From Candidatus Dojkabacteria bacterium (GTDB lineage Bacteria; Patescibacteriota; Dojkabacteria; J137), in the NCBI GenBank assembly GCA_025999215.1, contig AP024679.1, forward strand, positions 165,645-229,644: a DNA stretch of 64,000 nucleotides, written 5' to 3'. Below the pieces are notes generated by a model. That model did no database searches. It was not told the DNA's origin and worked only from the letters and a program-made list of their open reading frames with translations. Of this stretch, positions 48,992 through 59,928 are shown one piece after another. Position 1 is the first letter of the stretch. Each line of letters begins with the position of its first letter. A program made the position numbers and the translations under genes.

Positions 48992-51121
48992 ATGTTAAAC
49001 ATCCAGGATCTCAATCCTCCTCAAAAGAAAGCTGTAACCTCAACTCAAGGACCATTATTGATTTTGGCGGGAGCAGGATCGGGAAAAACCAGAGTATTAA
49101 CTTATAGAATTGCATACATTCTAGATTCGGGATTGGCTGGACCAGACAATGTACTTGCTTTGACTTTTACAAACAAAGCTGCGAATGAAATGAAAGAGAG
49201 AATCAAACAGCTTTTAGAGAAGTCGGAGATAAGAAATTTTGGTAATTTATTTTGGATGGGCACCTTTCACTCAGTTTGTGTTAAGTTTTTGAGAAGACAT
49301 GCAAATCTTATTGGGTTAAATTCAAATTTTTCAATTTACGATACTCAAGATCAATTATCTGCAGTAAAGAAGGCAATGAAAGATGCCAATGTATCAACAA
49401 AAGAGTTTAATCCAAGCGCGGTTCGAAGTTTTATATCTTCAGCCAAAAATGAATTGATAGATGAGGTTACTTATATGAATTTAGCAAGCGGTTATTTTCA
49501 GCAGGTGGTTGCAGAAGTTTATCCATTTTATCAAAAAATATTGAGAGAAAATAATGCTGTTGATTTTGATGATTTATTACTTTTGGCAGTAAAATTATTT
49601 GAGAAAGAACCCCAAATTTTAGAAAAATATCAAGAAAAATTCAGATACATTCTCGTTGATGAGTATCAAGATACCAATCACGCGCAATACAAACTTATCA
49701 AATTATTAGCGCAAAAACACAGAAATATTTGTTGTGTGGGAGATGATGATCAAAGTATTTATGCATTTAGAGGTGCTACAATCCACAATATTTTGTCTTT
49801 TGAAAAAGATTATCCTGATGCAACTGTAATCAAATTAGAACAAAATTATAGATCAACTAAAAAAATTCTTCAGGCAGCATATGAAGTTATTTCAAAAAAT
49901 TCTTCTAGAAAAGAAAAGAAACTTTGGACTGAGAATCATGAAGGGGAGCCAATAACGCTATATTCGGCAATTGATGAAAAGGATGAAGCTAATTTTGTGA
50001 TTGATAAAATTTTAGAGTTATCAAAAGATTATAATCTGAGTGATATTGCCGTTTTGTATAGGACAAATGCACAATCTCGTTCATTGGAGGAGGCTTTTTT
50101 GAAGGCTGGAGTTCCTTACAAAATTGTTGGAGGGATAAGGTTTTATGATAGAAAAGAGATTAAAGATATTCTTTCTTATTTAAAAACAATTTATAACCCA
50201 AAAGATGAGAGCAGTCTCGAGCGAGCTATATCTACACCCAAACGAGGCATAGGACCAAAAACTTTTGAAGAATTAAGAAAAATTGCAAAACTCAAAAAAG
50301 TGTCAGCTGGAGAGTTATTAATAAATAATTTTAATGAGATAACCGATCAAAAATTGAAAAATTTTGGAGCATTGCTTTTTGATTTTACGCAAAAAATTAA
50401 AGAGTTTAAATTAACTGAGTTTATTGATTATGTAATTGAAAAAAGTGGATATTTGAAACTTTTAAAAGATGGAAGCATTGAAAACGAAACAAGGATCGAA
50501 AACTTAAAAGAATTGTTAAGTGTAGCTCAAGTATATGATAACATTGAAGGCTTTAGTGCTTTGAGTAGTTTTTTGGAAGATGTTTCTTTGCTTGAAGATA
50601 TAGAGCAGTCTCAAGATAATTTGAATGAGGATAAGGTAACCTTAATGACTATACATGCTTCTAAAGGGTTAGAGTTTGATGTAGTTTTTGTTACAGGTGT
50701 TGAAGAAAATTTGTTTCCACATGTCAACTCCATAGCTGAAATCAAAGACTTAGAAGAAGAGAGAAGGCTTGCTTATGTTGCAATAACTCGTGCAAAGCAT
50801 AAACTCTTTTTTACTCATGCAAAAACTAGGCTATATTTTGGTGCTACTCAAATGAATCCGGTTTCGAGGTTTATTATGGATATTGATTCTCAATTGCTTG
50901 AAAAAGAGGGATCTATAATTGAGCAAAATTTTGTAGAGGATAGATCGTGGGGAGAGTACAATCAAATTGATATAAAAGAGGGAGATAAAGTTGCACACGA
51001 GTATTTTGGTAAAGGAGAGGTTATTTACATTGACAATGAGATAGTGCGAGTTGATTTTGGGGCGGTACATGGGGTAAAAGATTTGATGGTTGAGTATGCA
51101 AGGCTTGTTAAAATTTCATAG
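48992..51121 (+). CDS. pcrA: ATP-dependent DNA helicase PcrA/UvrD
   Basis: ILAGAGSGKTRVLTYRIAY (motif I), VDEYQDTNHAQY (motif II), TIHASKGLEFDVVF and AYVAITRAK. Confidence 0.9.
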   Translation: MLNIQDLNPPQKKAVTSTQGPLLILAGAGSGKTRVLTYRIAYILDSGLAGPDNVLALTFTNKAANEMKERIKQLLEKSEIRNFGNLFWMGTFHSVCVKFLRRHANLIGLNSNFSIYDTQDQLSAVKKAMKDANVSTKEFNPSAVRSFISSAKNELIDEVTYMNLASGYFQQVVAEVYPFYQKILRENNAVDFDDLLLLAVKLFEKEPQILEKYQEKFRYILVDEYQDTNHAQYKLIKLLAQKHRNICCVGDDDQSIYAFRGATIHNILSFEKDYPDATVIKLEQNYRSTKKILQAAYEVISKNSSRKEKKLWTENHEGEPITLYSAIDEKDEANFVIDKILELSKDYNLSDIAVLYRTNAQSRSLEEAFLKAGVPYKIVGGIRFYDRKEIKDILSYLKTIYNPKDESSLERAISTPKRGIGPKTFEELRKIAKLKKVSAGELLINNFNEITDQKLKNFGALLFDFTQKIKEFKLTEFIDYVIEKSGYLKLLKDGSIENETRIENLKELLSVAQVYDNIEGFSALSSFLEDVSLLEDIEQSQDNLNEDKVTLMTIHASKGLEFDVVFVTGVEENLFPHVNSIAEIKDLEEERRLAYVAITRAKHKLFFTHAKTRLYFGATQMNPVSRFIMDIDSQLLEKEGSIIEQNFVEDRSWGEYNQIDIKEGDKVAHEYFGKGEVIYIDNEIVRVDFGAVHGVKDLMVEYARLVKIS

Positions 51122-51155
51122 AGACTATAAACCTTTAAAAATGGTATAATTTCTT

Positions 51156-51821
51156 ATGAAAATAGATATTCTGACCATATTCCCGGAGGCTTTCAGTTAT
51201 TTTGATTACAGTATTCCTAAGATTGCTCAACAAAAAAAATTGATAGATATAAAAATTCATGATCTGCGAAAATGGGCAAATAATAAGCATAATAGAGTAG
51301 ATGATAAGCCTTTCGGTGGTGGAGCAGGTATGGTTTTAATGTTAGAGCCAATTTACAGAGCTATTAAAGAATTAAAAACAGAAGAAAGTAGAGTAATTTT
51401 AACTTCGGCACAAGGAGTACTATGGGATCAAAAGAAAGCTTTGCAATTATTCAAAATCATCATTCTCATTTAATTTTTATTTGTGGACATTATGAAGGAG
51501 TAGACTATAGGGTGAGTAAGTATTTGGTTGACGAAGAAGTAAGTATTGGAAAGTATGTATTATCTGGTGGAGAATTAGCTTCAATGGTTGTTGTTGATTC
51601 TATTGTCAGATTGATTCCAGGAGTATTAGGTAATCCAGAGTCTTTGGAGTATGAGAGCTTTTCAGAAAAATTTGTTAAAGAATATCCTCAATACACCAGG
51701 CCTGCAACCTTTGTCTTCTGATCAAGGAGAAAAATGGAATGTGCCAGATGTACTTTTGAGTGGAGATCATAAAAAGATAGAGGATTGGAGACGAAAAAAT
51801 TCTCAAACTTCTCCACAATAA
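51156..51821 (+). pseudogene. trmD: tRNA (guanine37-N1)-methyltransferase TrmD split into three pieces by two frameshifts
   Basis: ORF 51156..51473 is the TrmD N-terminus, and ORF 51422..51721 carries [12 protein letters not shown]...[31 protein letters not shown] third, unlisted segment ending at the TAA at 51819..51821 encodes GEKWNVPDVLLSGDHKKIEDWRR. Confidence 0.75.
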
Positions 51822-51866
51822 AACCCTGTTGTTACGTTTTGTCTAAGTTTAAAGTTTCACGTATCA

Positions 51867-52457
51867 TTAAAACTTGTTTTGTGGATAATTTGGGTCATTT
51901 TCTGCTTTGTTGTTTATCAATTCTCTTATTATTTCGGATTTGCTCATTCTGTAGAACCTGTCAGCCCAATCAAGATAGTTTTTTTGTTTTCGTTCAAGGA
52001 GTATATTAAACCTAGTGATAGGGTCATTTAGGTTAGTTTTTATAAAGTTATCAATAATTTTTTCAAGTGAGCTATCTGAATACTCCTTTGTTTCAATGTA
52101 ATCAGGATTATTTATTGTGATGTAGTCAGGTTCTTTTGCTTCAAAATCTTCTTTCTTCTTTTTAAGAATAAGTGTTGGTTTTTTGAGATCTATTGCTTTG
52201 TATGCAATGGATGTTAGTTCAAAACTAGGGGTAGATGCTTCAAGTATTACAATTTTACTTTCAGATAAAGCTTGTATAGATTTTTTAAAAAGCCTTTTCA
52301 TTTGAAATTTGGTGTATTTTGAAAGATTGTTCTCAACAACATTTACCCAGTCAATTGTTAGGTTGTTACCTTGAGATAGAAGATAGCGCCTAATTTTGTT
52401 AATGGTGTTTTGGTTAGATAAATAATCTTCAATTGTGAATGCAAATAGTATATTCAT
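51867..52457 (-). CDS. hypothetical protein
   Basis: A clean 196-aa ORF with a palindromic operator-like site just upstream. Confidence 0.35.
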   Translation of the reverse strand: MNILFAFTIEDYLSNQNTINKIRRYLLSQGNNLTIDWVNVVENNLSKYTKFQMKRLFKKSIQALSESKIVILEASTPSFELTSIAYKAIDLKKPTLILKKKKEDFEAKEPDYITINNPDYIETKEYSDSSLEKIIDNFIKTNLNDPITRFNILLERKQKNYLDWADRFYRMSKSEIIRELINNKAENDPNYPQNKF

Positions 52458-52684
52458 AAAGTAATTATACCATACTTGTGTATATAGTCAACAAGTGTGT
52501 ATATTATACACAACAGCGTACAAATTAGCTACTATTAAATAATTTTGTTAGGATCAGATATAAACTTTTGAAAAATTGTTTTAAGTTTAAGGGGACTAAA
52601 TTAAGGTTTGAATTTTATAAAGAAGTTTTAACGATTGCTCTAATTCGGACATTTTGTCCAAATCACTTTATTTTTCTCCATCTT

Positions 52685-53086
52685 TTACCTACTTCTATTC
52701 TTGCTAACTCCTTTCGCTAATTTAGCTTGAATCTGAGCAAAATCAATATCTGCTAAATTATCTTGAGTTTTGAGATATTCTTCAGCTCTTTTAATTGCTT
52801 CCATAGCTCTCTCAACATCAATGCTTTCAGCTTTCTCGGCTGTATCTGCAAGGATGTTGATCTTGCTGTCTTTTTCTGACTTCTAAAATACCCCTAGAAA
52901 CAGCAAGGATCTCGTTTTTGTTATCGTTGGTTGTTATTTCGATTGCGCCTGGTTCCAGAATTGCAAACAGTGGTTGATGATCTTCTAGTACTCGTCACAA
53001 CTCCCTAAGGTGGTTGGTATGGTTATGGAAGTAACTTCCATACTTTCAAATACTATGCCTTCAATTGTAACTATTTTAACTTCCAT
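52685..53086 (-). pseudogene. atpC: ATP synthase epsilon subunit with two frameshifts and one in-frame TGA
   Basis: The ORF track has no ORF here. My manual translation gives MEVKIVTIEGIVFESMEVTSITIPTTLG..., then, in a second frame, ...EL[TGA]RVLEDHQPLFAILEPGAIEITT...AVSRGILEV, then, in a third frame, KDSKINILADTAEKAESIDVERAMEAIKRAEEYLK...*. The shifts coincide with GGG (about 53004) and AAAAA (about 52884) runs. The gene sits 5 nt downstream of atpD, as expected for atpC. Confidence 0.65.
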
Positions 53087-53091
53087 ACTAT

Positions 53092-54519
<1,428 letters not shown>

Positions 54520-54561
54520 TTAAACGACCAATTTTAACATATAATCGCTTAATTAACGAGT

Positions 54562-55347
54562 TTAATCTTTGTATAATTTACCTTTTTTCCAATCAACCTT
54601 TTCCCAGACATTATGAAATAAATCATTTTCAAGCTTTACTTTAAGATTACTTAGCTCTTGGTTTGTAGGATCATTATCAATAAAGTTTACAAAATCAAGT
54701 TCACTTAGTAAACAAAGTGGTGTTTGATTATTCCCTTCGCCCATTACCAAAACAGCACTAGCTGATAGTCCTCCTAAAACATTTTGTCTAATTATAATTT
54801 TTGATTTATTGAAAACATCTCTTTCGGTTTTAAATACAAACGCTCTAAAGCCCGAGTAAGCTATACCAATCCCGATCACTCCCATTTGTAGAGGCATGGA
54901 AGTGCTATCGGTTATGATAACTCCAAAATTTTTTAATTTAAATTTATTTCTTAAAAAATCTCTTATTTGGTTTGTTATTTCTTGTAAATTTGGAGGCCAC
55001 AGCACAAAATATCCATCAGTGTTTGTACTATCTATTCCAGCAGATCCAATTAGTTTTCCATTAACAATGGTAATAGCTGCATTATATTTATTTTGATTTG
55101 GATCAAGGTAGAGTTCTGAATGATCATGCACCAGGTCAACTTTTTTAACACCTTTTTGTCTTTTGATAACTGCTTGATTGGTTAATGAAACAATTTTTGA
55201 AGTTATAGCCAAAATAGAGTTTTCTTGCAAATTATTTACATACTTATCAACCACATCCAAAAGATTATCGTTAATTGTGATTTTGTGAGTTTTTATAGCT
55301 GTAGCTTTCATAAATTTAGAGTGCATTGGCGCCTCCAACAATTTCAC
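54562..55347 (-). CDS. CofE-family protein (F420-0:gamma-glutamyl ligase-like fold) embedded in the ATP synthase operon
   Basis: AITSKIVSLTNQA, GSAGIDSTNTDGYFVLWPP and GVIITDSTSMPLQMGVIGIGIAYSGF...LVMGEGNNQTPLCLL align with the CofE motifs (VISKAEGR; NAGIDASN...LLPP; GVIITDTNGRCFRRGVVGFAIGISG...LLMGEGGDGIPAVVV). Confidence 0.65.
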   Translation of the reverse strand: MKLLEAPMHSKFMKATAIKTHKITINDNLLDVVDKYVNNLQENSILAITSKIVSLTNQAVIKRQKGVKKVDLVHDHSELYLDPNQNKYNAAITIVNGKLIGSAGIDSTNTDGYFVLWPPNLQEITNQIRDFLRNKFKLKNFGVIITDSTSMPLQMGVIGIGIAYSGFRAFVFKTERDVFNKSKIIIRQNVLGGLSASAVLVMGEGNNQTPLCLLSELDFVNFIDNDPTNQELSNLKVKLENDLFHNVWEKVDWKKGKLYKD

Positions 55348-56233
55348 TAATTTCTTGAGTTATTGAGGCTTGCCTTTGTTTATTGTATTCTAAAGTTAGG
55401 CTTTCTATCATTTCACCGGCAGATTCAGTAGCGTTTTTCATTGCTATCATTCTGCTAGAATGTTCACTCGCTGCGGATTCTAAAATTGCTTGATAGAGCA
55501 TTGTATCTAAAAGCATTGGAATTATGGTTTCTGCAATAGCTTCTCTGTTTGGTTCATATATGTAGTCATCTAAGTCGTAATCTGTAAATTCATCCACTGA
55601 GTTATCTTCATTAGATTTTAGCAATTCATAGTTTTCATTTATTTCTAAAATATTTTTTAGGCTATTTTTGTTGATTGGCAACAGTTGTCTTGCAACAACT
55701 TTTTGGTTAAGCCCCGAAATATAATTGGTAAAAATTACTGTAACTTTGTCAATCTCCCTTTTTAAAAATCTTTCTCTCAAATCATTTGTGATAGGATAGA
55801 CTTCTGTAATTGATGGGTTTTCATGAAGTTTCTCATACAGAGAGTGTAGATGTATGTTTTTTGATTTAGCAAGCTTTGCAGCCTTTCTTCCTAACGCAAT
55901 AATTTCAATATTTTCGTGTTTATGATTTTCTAAAAAAGTAAGAGTCTTTCTTAAAACATTGGAGTTATAACTTCCACACAAACCTCTGTTTGATGTAATC
56001 AAAATTAAAGTATGGTTTTTTACACTACGAGTTTGAGTCAAAGGATGATTAAATTTGGAATGTGATCTTTCTAAGATTTCCATCGCAAGGTTTGCGTATT
56101 CCCTAGTTTTGACAGCTGATTCTACCGCTTTTCTCATCTTTACCGCTGCAATCATTTGCATAGCGTTAGTGATTTTTTTTGTGTTTTTGACAGAATTAAT
56201 TCTTGCTTTGATTGCTTTGGTGTTTAGGGCCAT
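55316..56233 (-). CDS. atpG: ATP synthase F1 gamma subunit
   Basis: N-terminal IKARINSVKNTKKITNAMQMIAAVKMRKA and C-terminal ITQEISEIVGGANAL. Confidence 0.9.
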   Translation of the reverse strand: MALNTKAIKARINSVKNTKKITNAMQMIAAVKMRKAVESAVKTREYANLAMEILERSHSKFNHPLTQTRSVKNHTLILITSNRGLCGSYNSNVLRKTLTFLENHKHENIEIIALGRKAAKLAKSKNIHLHSLYEKLHENPSITEVYPITNDLRERFLKREIDKVTVIFTNYISGLNQKVVARQLLPINKNSLKNILEINENYELLKSNEDNSVDEFTDYDLDDYIYEPNREAIAETIIPMLLDTMLYQAILESAASEHSSRMIAMKNATESAGEMIESLTLEYNKQRQASITQEISEIVGGANAL

Positions 56234-56244
56234 ATGAGTTAAAA

Positions 56245-57735
56245 TTAACTTAATGCTTCTTTACAAGCTTGATGTAATTCTTCTATTAATTCATCACTCC
56301 AGTCGCCATTTTTAATTTTTTCTAAAATGTCTTTTTTTACATTACTCATGAATTCAAGCAGGTAATTTTCTTTTTCTGATATTTCCTCAACTTTATACTG
56401 ATCATAATACCCGTTGTTCAGCGCAAATATTGATACAACTTGGTACTCAACAGGTATGGGTTTAAAATTAGGCTGTTTTAAAACTTCTATTAATCTTTGG
56501 CCTCTTTCTATTTTCTTTTTGGTATCCGGATCCAAATCACTTGCAAATTGAGCAAATGCTTCAAGTTCTCGAAACTGAGCAGCGTCAAGTTTTAAGGTTC
56601 CTGCAACTTTTTTCATTGGTTTTATCTGGGCATCACCACCAACTCTTGAAACTGATGACCCTATGTTTATTGCGGGTCTTATACCTTTGTAAAATAAATT
56701 TGTTTCTAAGAAAATTTGCCCATCAGTTATAGAAATTACATTTGTTGGGATGTAAGCACTAATGTCTCCAGCTTGAGTTTCAATTATAGGTAGAGCAGTA
56801 ATGGATCCACCACCATGTTCTTTATTGAGATTACAAGCTCTTTCAAGTAATCTTGAATGCAAGTAAAAAACATCACCAGGATAGGCCTCTCTTCCAGGAG
56901 GTCGCCTCAATAGTAGAGACATTTCTCTGTAAGCAATGGCTTGTTTGGTTAAATCGTCATACACAATTAAAACGTCCTCTCCTTTTTGTGCAAAATACTC
57001 AGCGAGCGTAACCCCAGAATAAGGAGCAAGGTATAGCATTGGCGCTGGTTCACTAGCACCCGCCAAAACCACAGTAGTGTATTCCATAGCTCCAGCTTCC
57101 TCCAGTTTTGATACTAAATTAGCAACTTTAGATTCTTTTTGACCAATGGCAACATAGATACATTTAACATTTTGTCCTTTTTGATTGATTATGGTGTCAA
57201 TCGCAATTGAGGTTTTACCAGTTTGTCTATCACCTAAAATCAATTCTCTTTGTCCTCTTCCTATTGGGATTAGCGCATCTATTGCCTTTATTCCAGTTTG
57301 TAGTGGTGTTCGTACAGGCTCTCTTGTAATTACACCTGGTGCAATTTTATCAATAGGCTCTACTGAATCATGATTAATAGGACCTTTGCCATCTATGGGC
57401 TCACCTAGTGCATTGATTACTCGACCAATCATCTCATCACCAACAGGGATGCTCATAATTTTCTGAGTTCTTTTAACAATATCCCCTTGTTTTATTTTTG
57501 TAAAATCTCCCAATACTATTGCGCCTACAACATCTTCTTCTAAGTTTAGAGCTATTCCTTTTATAGAGTTTTCAAATTCCAACATCTCTTGAGACTGAAC
57601 TTTTGAAAGTCCAATTATTGAAGCGATACCATCTTTTATTTCAATTACTTGTCCTATCTCGTTTTGATCAACTTTTGAATTTTTGAATTTTTTAATTTGT
57701 TCATCAATTGGCTTTATTAAATCTTTTTCTTTCAT
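56245..57735 (-). CDS. atpA: ATP synthase F1 alpha subunit
   Basis: [13 protein letters not shown] Walker A, and a conserved C-terminus. Confidence 0.95.
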   Translation of the reverse strand: MKEKDLIKPIDEQIKKFKNSKVDQNEIGQVIEIKDGIASIIGLSKVQSQEMLEFENSIKGIALNLEEDVVGAIVLGDFTKIKQGDIVKRTQKIMSIPVGDEMIGRVINALGEPIDGKGPINHDSVEPIDKIAPGVITREPVRTPLQTGIKAIDALIPIGRGQRELILGDRQTGKTSIAIDTIINQKGQNVKCIYVAIGQKESKVANLVSKLEEAGAMEYTTVVLAGASEPAPMLYLAPYSGVTLAEYFAQKGEDVLIVYDDLTKQAIAYREMSLLLRRPPGREAYPGDVFYLHSRLLERACNLNKEHGGGSITALPIIETQAGDISAYIPTNVISITDGQIFLETNLFYKGIRPAINIGSSVSRVGGDAQIKPMKKVAGTLKLDAAQFRELEAFAQFASDLDPDTKKKIERGQRLIEVLKQPNFKPIPVEYQVVSIFALNNGYYDQYKVEEISEKENYLLEFMSNVKKDILEKIKNGDWSDELIEELHQACKEALS

Positions 57736-58013
57736 GATACTTTTAATGACTCAAATAACATTTTTTTTAAATTTTGTAGTTGTGATTTTACTGATCCATC
57801 ATAAACATCGCTTCCTCTTCGAACAATTATGCCACCTATAACATTTTTATCAACTTTTATAGTTAGTGTTGATTTGTCTAACTTAAAAATTTTCACCAAA
57901 TTTTCAACAACTTCATCATCAAGCTTGTAAGCAGATACAATCTCGGCAGACTTAACTAGCTTTTCATTTTTAATTTTTAGTACTTTTCTTTTTGTTAATT
58001 GTTTATTTTTCAT
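57732..58013 (-). CDS. atpH: ATP synthase delta (OSCP) subunit, C-terminal half only (93 aa)
   Basis: [26 protein letters not shown] matches the delta C-terminal motif. There is no N-terminal OSCP domain, and the gene overlaps the atpF 3' end by 11 nt. Confidence 0.6.
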   Translation of the reverse strand: MKNKQLTKRKVLKIKNEKLVKSAEIVSAYKLDDEVVENLVKIFKLDKSTLTIKVDKNVIGGIIVRRGSDVYDGSVKSQLQNLKKMLFESLKVS

Positions 58014-58521
58014 TTTCTAGCTTTAAATTTTTTAAAAAATTATCAATAATTTTTTTATCTTCTTTTCTGTCAATTTCATGCTCCAAAATTTTTTCTGCTG
58101 CTTCAATAGATACTTCTGCTATTAGTTGTTGAAGTTTTGCAAGCATTTCTTGTCGCTCTTGTTCGATCTGTTCTTTGGCTTTTGTAAGTATTTTTTCGCT
58201 CTCTTTTTGAGCATTAGAGATTATTTCTTGAGCGGTTTCTTCTGCTGTTTGTTTTGCTTGTGAAATTATTTCATTAGCTTTTAGATCAGCTTCTTTAATA
58301 ATCTCATCAGATTTTTGTTTTGCATTGGCAAGCTCTACTTCAAGTCTTTCTGCGTTTTCAAGGCTTTCGGCTATTTTTTTCTGTTTGTGCTCAACAGCTC
58401 TAGATATTTTTGATATAAGAAACTTGTTGAGCAAGAAAAAAAACAACAGAAAATTTATTGCGTTAATTATTGCAAGCCTTACATCAAAACCTAATTTTGA
58501 AAAAATCTCTTGAAAATCCAT
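58003..58521 (-). CDS. atpF: ATP synthase F0 b subunit
   Basis: An N-terminal TM helix and then a long charged coiled coil, with the expected operon position. Confidence 0.8.
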   Translation of the reverse strand: MDFQEIFSKLGFDVRLAIINAINFLLFFFLLNKFLISKISRAVEHKQKKIAESLENAERLEVELANAKQKSDEIIKEADLKANEIISQAKQTAEETAQEIISNAQKESEKILTKAKEQIEQERQEMLAKLQQLIAEVSIEAAEKILEHEIDRKEDKKIIDNFLKNLKLENEK

Positions 58522-58527
58522 GATTTA

Positions 58528-58743
58528 CTAAAGAGTAAAAAATGCTACAAGAGCGTAAATTGCTGTAGATTCAACCAAAGCTACAGAAATAATTACTTTT
58601 GGAAACAATGTTTCCTCTAGCTTAGGGTTTCGCCCAATTGCCTGAAAAGCAGCTCTAATTAACCATGCTTCAGCTGCTGCAGTAGGAAGCATGGTAAGTA
58701 TAATTACTGCCTTGGCAATGATGGTAATTACATCAACGTCCAT
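58528..58743 (-). CDS. atpE: ATP synthase F0 c subunit
   Basis: A 71-aa two-helix hairpin (AAAEAWLIRAAFQAIGRNP...) with the carboxylate in helix 2. Confidence 0.85.
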   Translation of the reverse strand: MDVDVITIIAKAVIILTMLPTAAAEAWLIRAAFQAIGRNPKLEETLFPKVIISVALVESTAIYALVAFFTL

Positions 58744-58767
58744 AAATTAAAAATATAAAAAATAAAA

Positions 58768-59550
58768 TCACTCTTTAAGCGCAGAACCAAAGTATGAAGC
58801 AACAAGCGCTCCAAAAACGATGGCCTGCAGTATTCCTGTAAAAATACCGTAAAGGTTCAAGAATACAGGTAGTATTATAGCAAAAAAACTTACTAAAAGT
58901 CTCATTAAAATATCGCCAGCGAACATATTTCCAAATAACCTTAATGAAAGAGATAGTATTCTTGCGATTTCTGAAACGATGTCAAGAAAGCCTAAAAGAA
59001 TCTCTACAAAAGACATTAATCCTTCAACAAAGCCTTTCCTGAAACCATCAACAACAGCTTTAATTCTAAAATATTTGTTAAAGTGTCCCCACAAGCTAAA
59101 TTTAGAAATACTTAAAAATTGTGTCCACAAAACAGCCACTGTTGCGAGCGCTAGAGTGGTGTTGAGCGTAGTTACATTGGTGATAAATATAGGTTCACCT
59201 TCATAAGTAATAGATGAAAGCCCTGGAATTATCAATATTGCGTTTGAAATAGCAATAAACGCCATAATGGACATAATTGTGCCCTTTGTTTTTTGAGCTA
59301 TTGTTTTGTCTCCTGAAATTTTTTCTATTAAATCGTAAGCATACAAATATATACTTTCTAATACTATTTGAGTTTTGGAGGGTACACCGTTTACTTTTAT
59401 CTTTCTACTAATTAATAAGCAAAAAATACCAACCAAAATTGTTACCAAAAAACTTGTTAAAACATCACTTGATATAGGTATTCCGAAAAATTCCCCCAGA
59501 ATATGATCACTTAGTTTTATTTCTCCAAAATCAACTCTAAACCAATCCAT
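58768..59550 (-). CDS. atpB: ATP synthase F0 a subunit
   Basis: A polytopic protein of about 260 aa with the conserved Arg in LSLSLRLFGNMFAGD. Confidence 0.85.
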   Translation of the reverse strand: MDWFRVDFGEIKLSDHILGEFFGIPISSDVLTSFLVTILVGIFCLLISRKIKVNGVPSKTQIVLESIYLYAYDLIEKISGDKTIAQKTKGTIMSIMAFIAISNAILIIPGLSSITYEGEPIFITNVTTLNTTLALATVAVLWTQFLSISKFSLWGHFNKYFRIKAVVDGFRKGFVEGLMSFVEILLGFLDIVSEIARILSLSLRLFGNMFAGDILMRLLVSFFAIILPVFLNLYGIFTGILQAIVFGALVASYFGSALKE

Positions 59551-59577
59551 TTGTTTTCGTTGCTTATAACGTAAAAA

Positions 59578-59799
59578 TTAATTTTTGGTGGGGTTAGGTT
59601 GCCTTAAGTAAAGATAGTATATCAAAACCCAAGTTAAAATGTAAAAAAAACCTAGACTTATTAATGATCCTATTGGTGCTATATCAAATATTGTATCTAT
59701 CACCTTTCCTGCTAAAGTTCCGATCAGAGCAGGAATAATAATAATCAAACTTACTTTAATAAATAAAGTGTAAGGTGATTTTTCATTTAATTTTCTCAT
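59578..59799 (-). CDS. small membrane protein, AtpI-like (ATP synthase protein I position)
   Basis: A 73-aa protein with 2 TM helices that is the first gene of the atp operon. Confidence 0.4.
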   Translation of the reverse strand: MRKLNEKSPYTLFIKVSLIIIIPALIGTLAGKVIDTIFDIAPIGSLISLGFFYILTWVLIYYLYLRQPNPTKN

Positions 59800-59928
59800 A
59801 ATTCTTACCCAACCACCGAATTATATCACTATGAGTTAAATTTGCAACAAATTTTATTGATAATGTTATTTTTTCTGATTTTGTAAAAGTGGTATACTGA
59901 TAGCGAATTTAAATTTTAAACTTAATTT

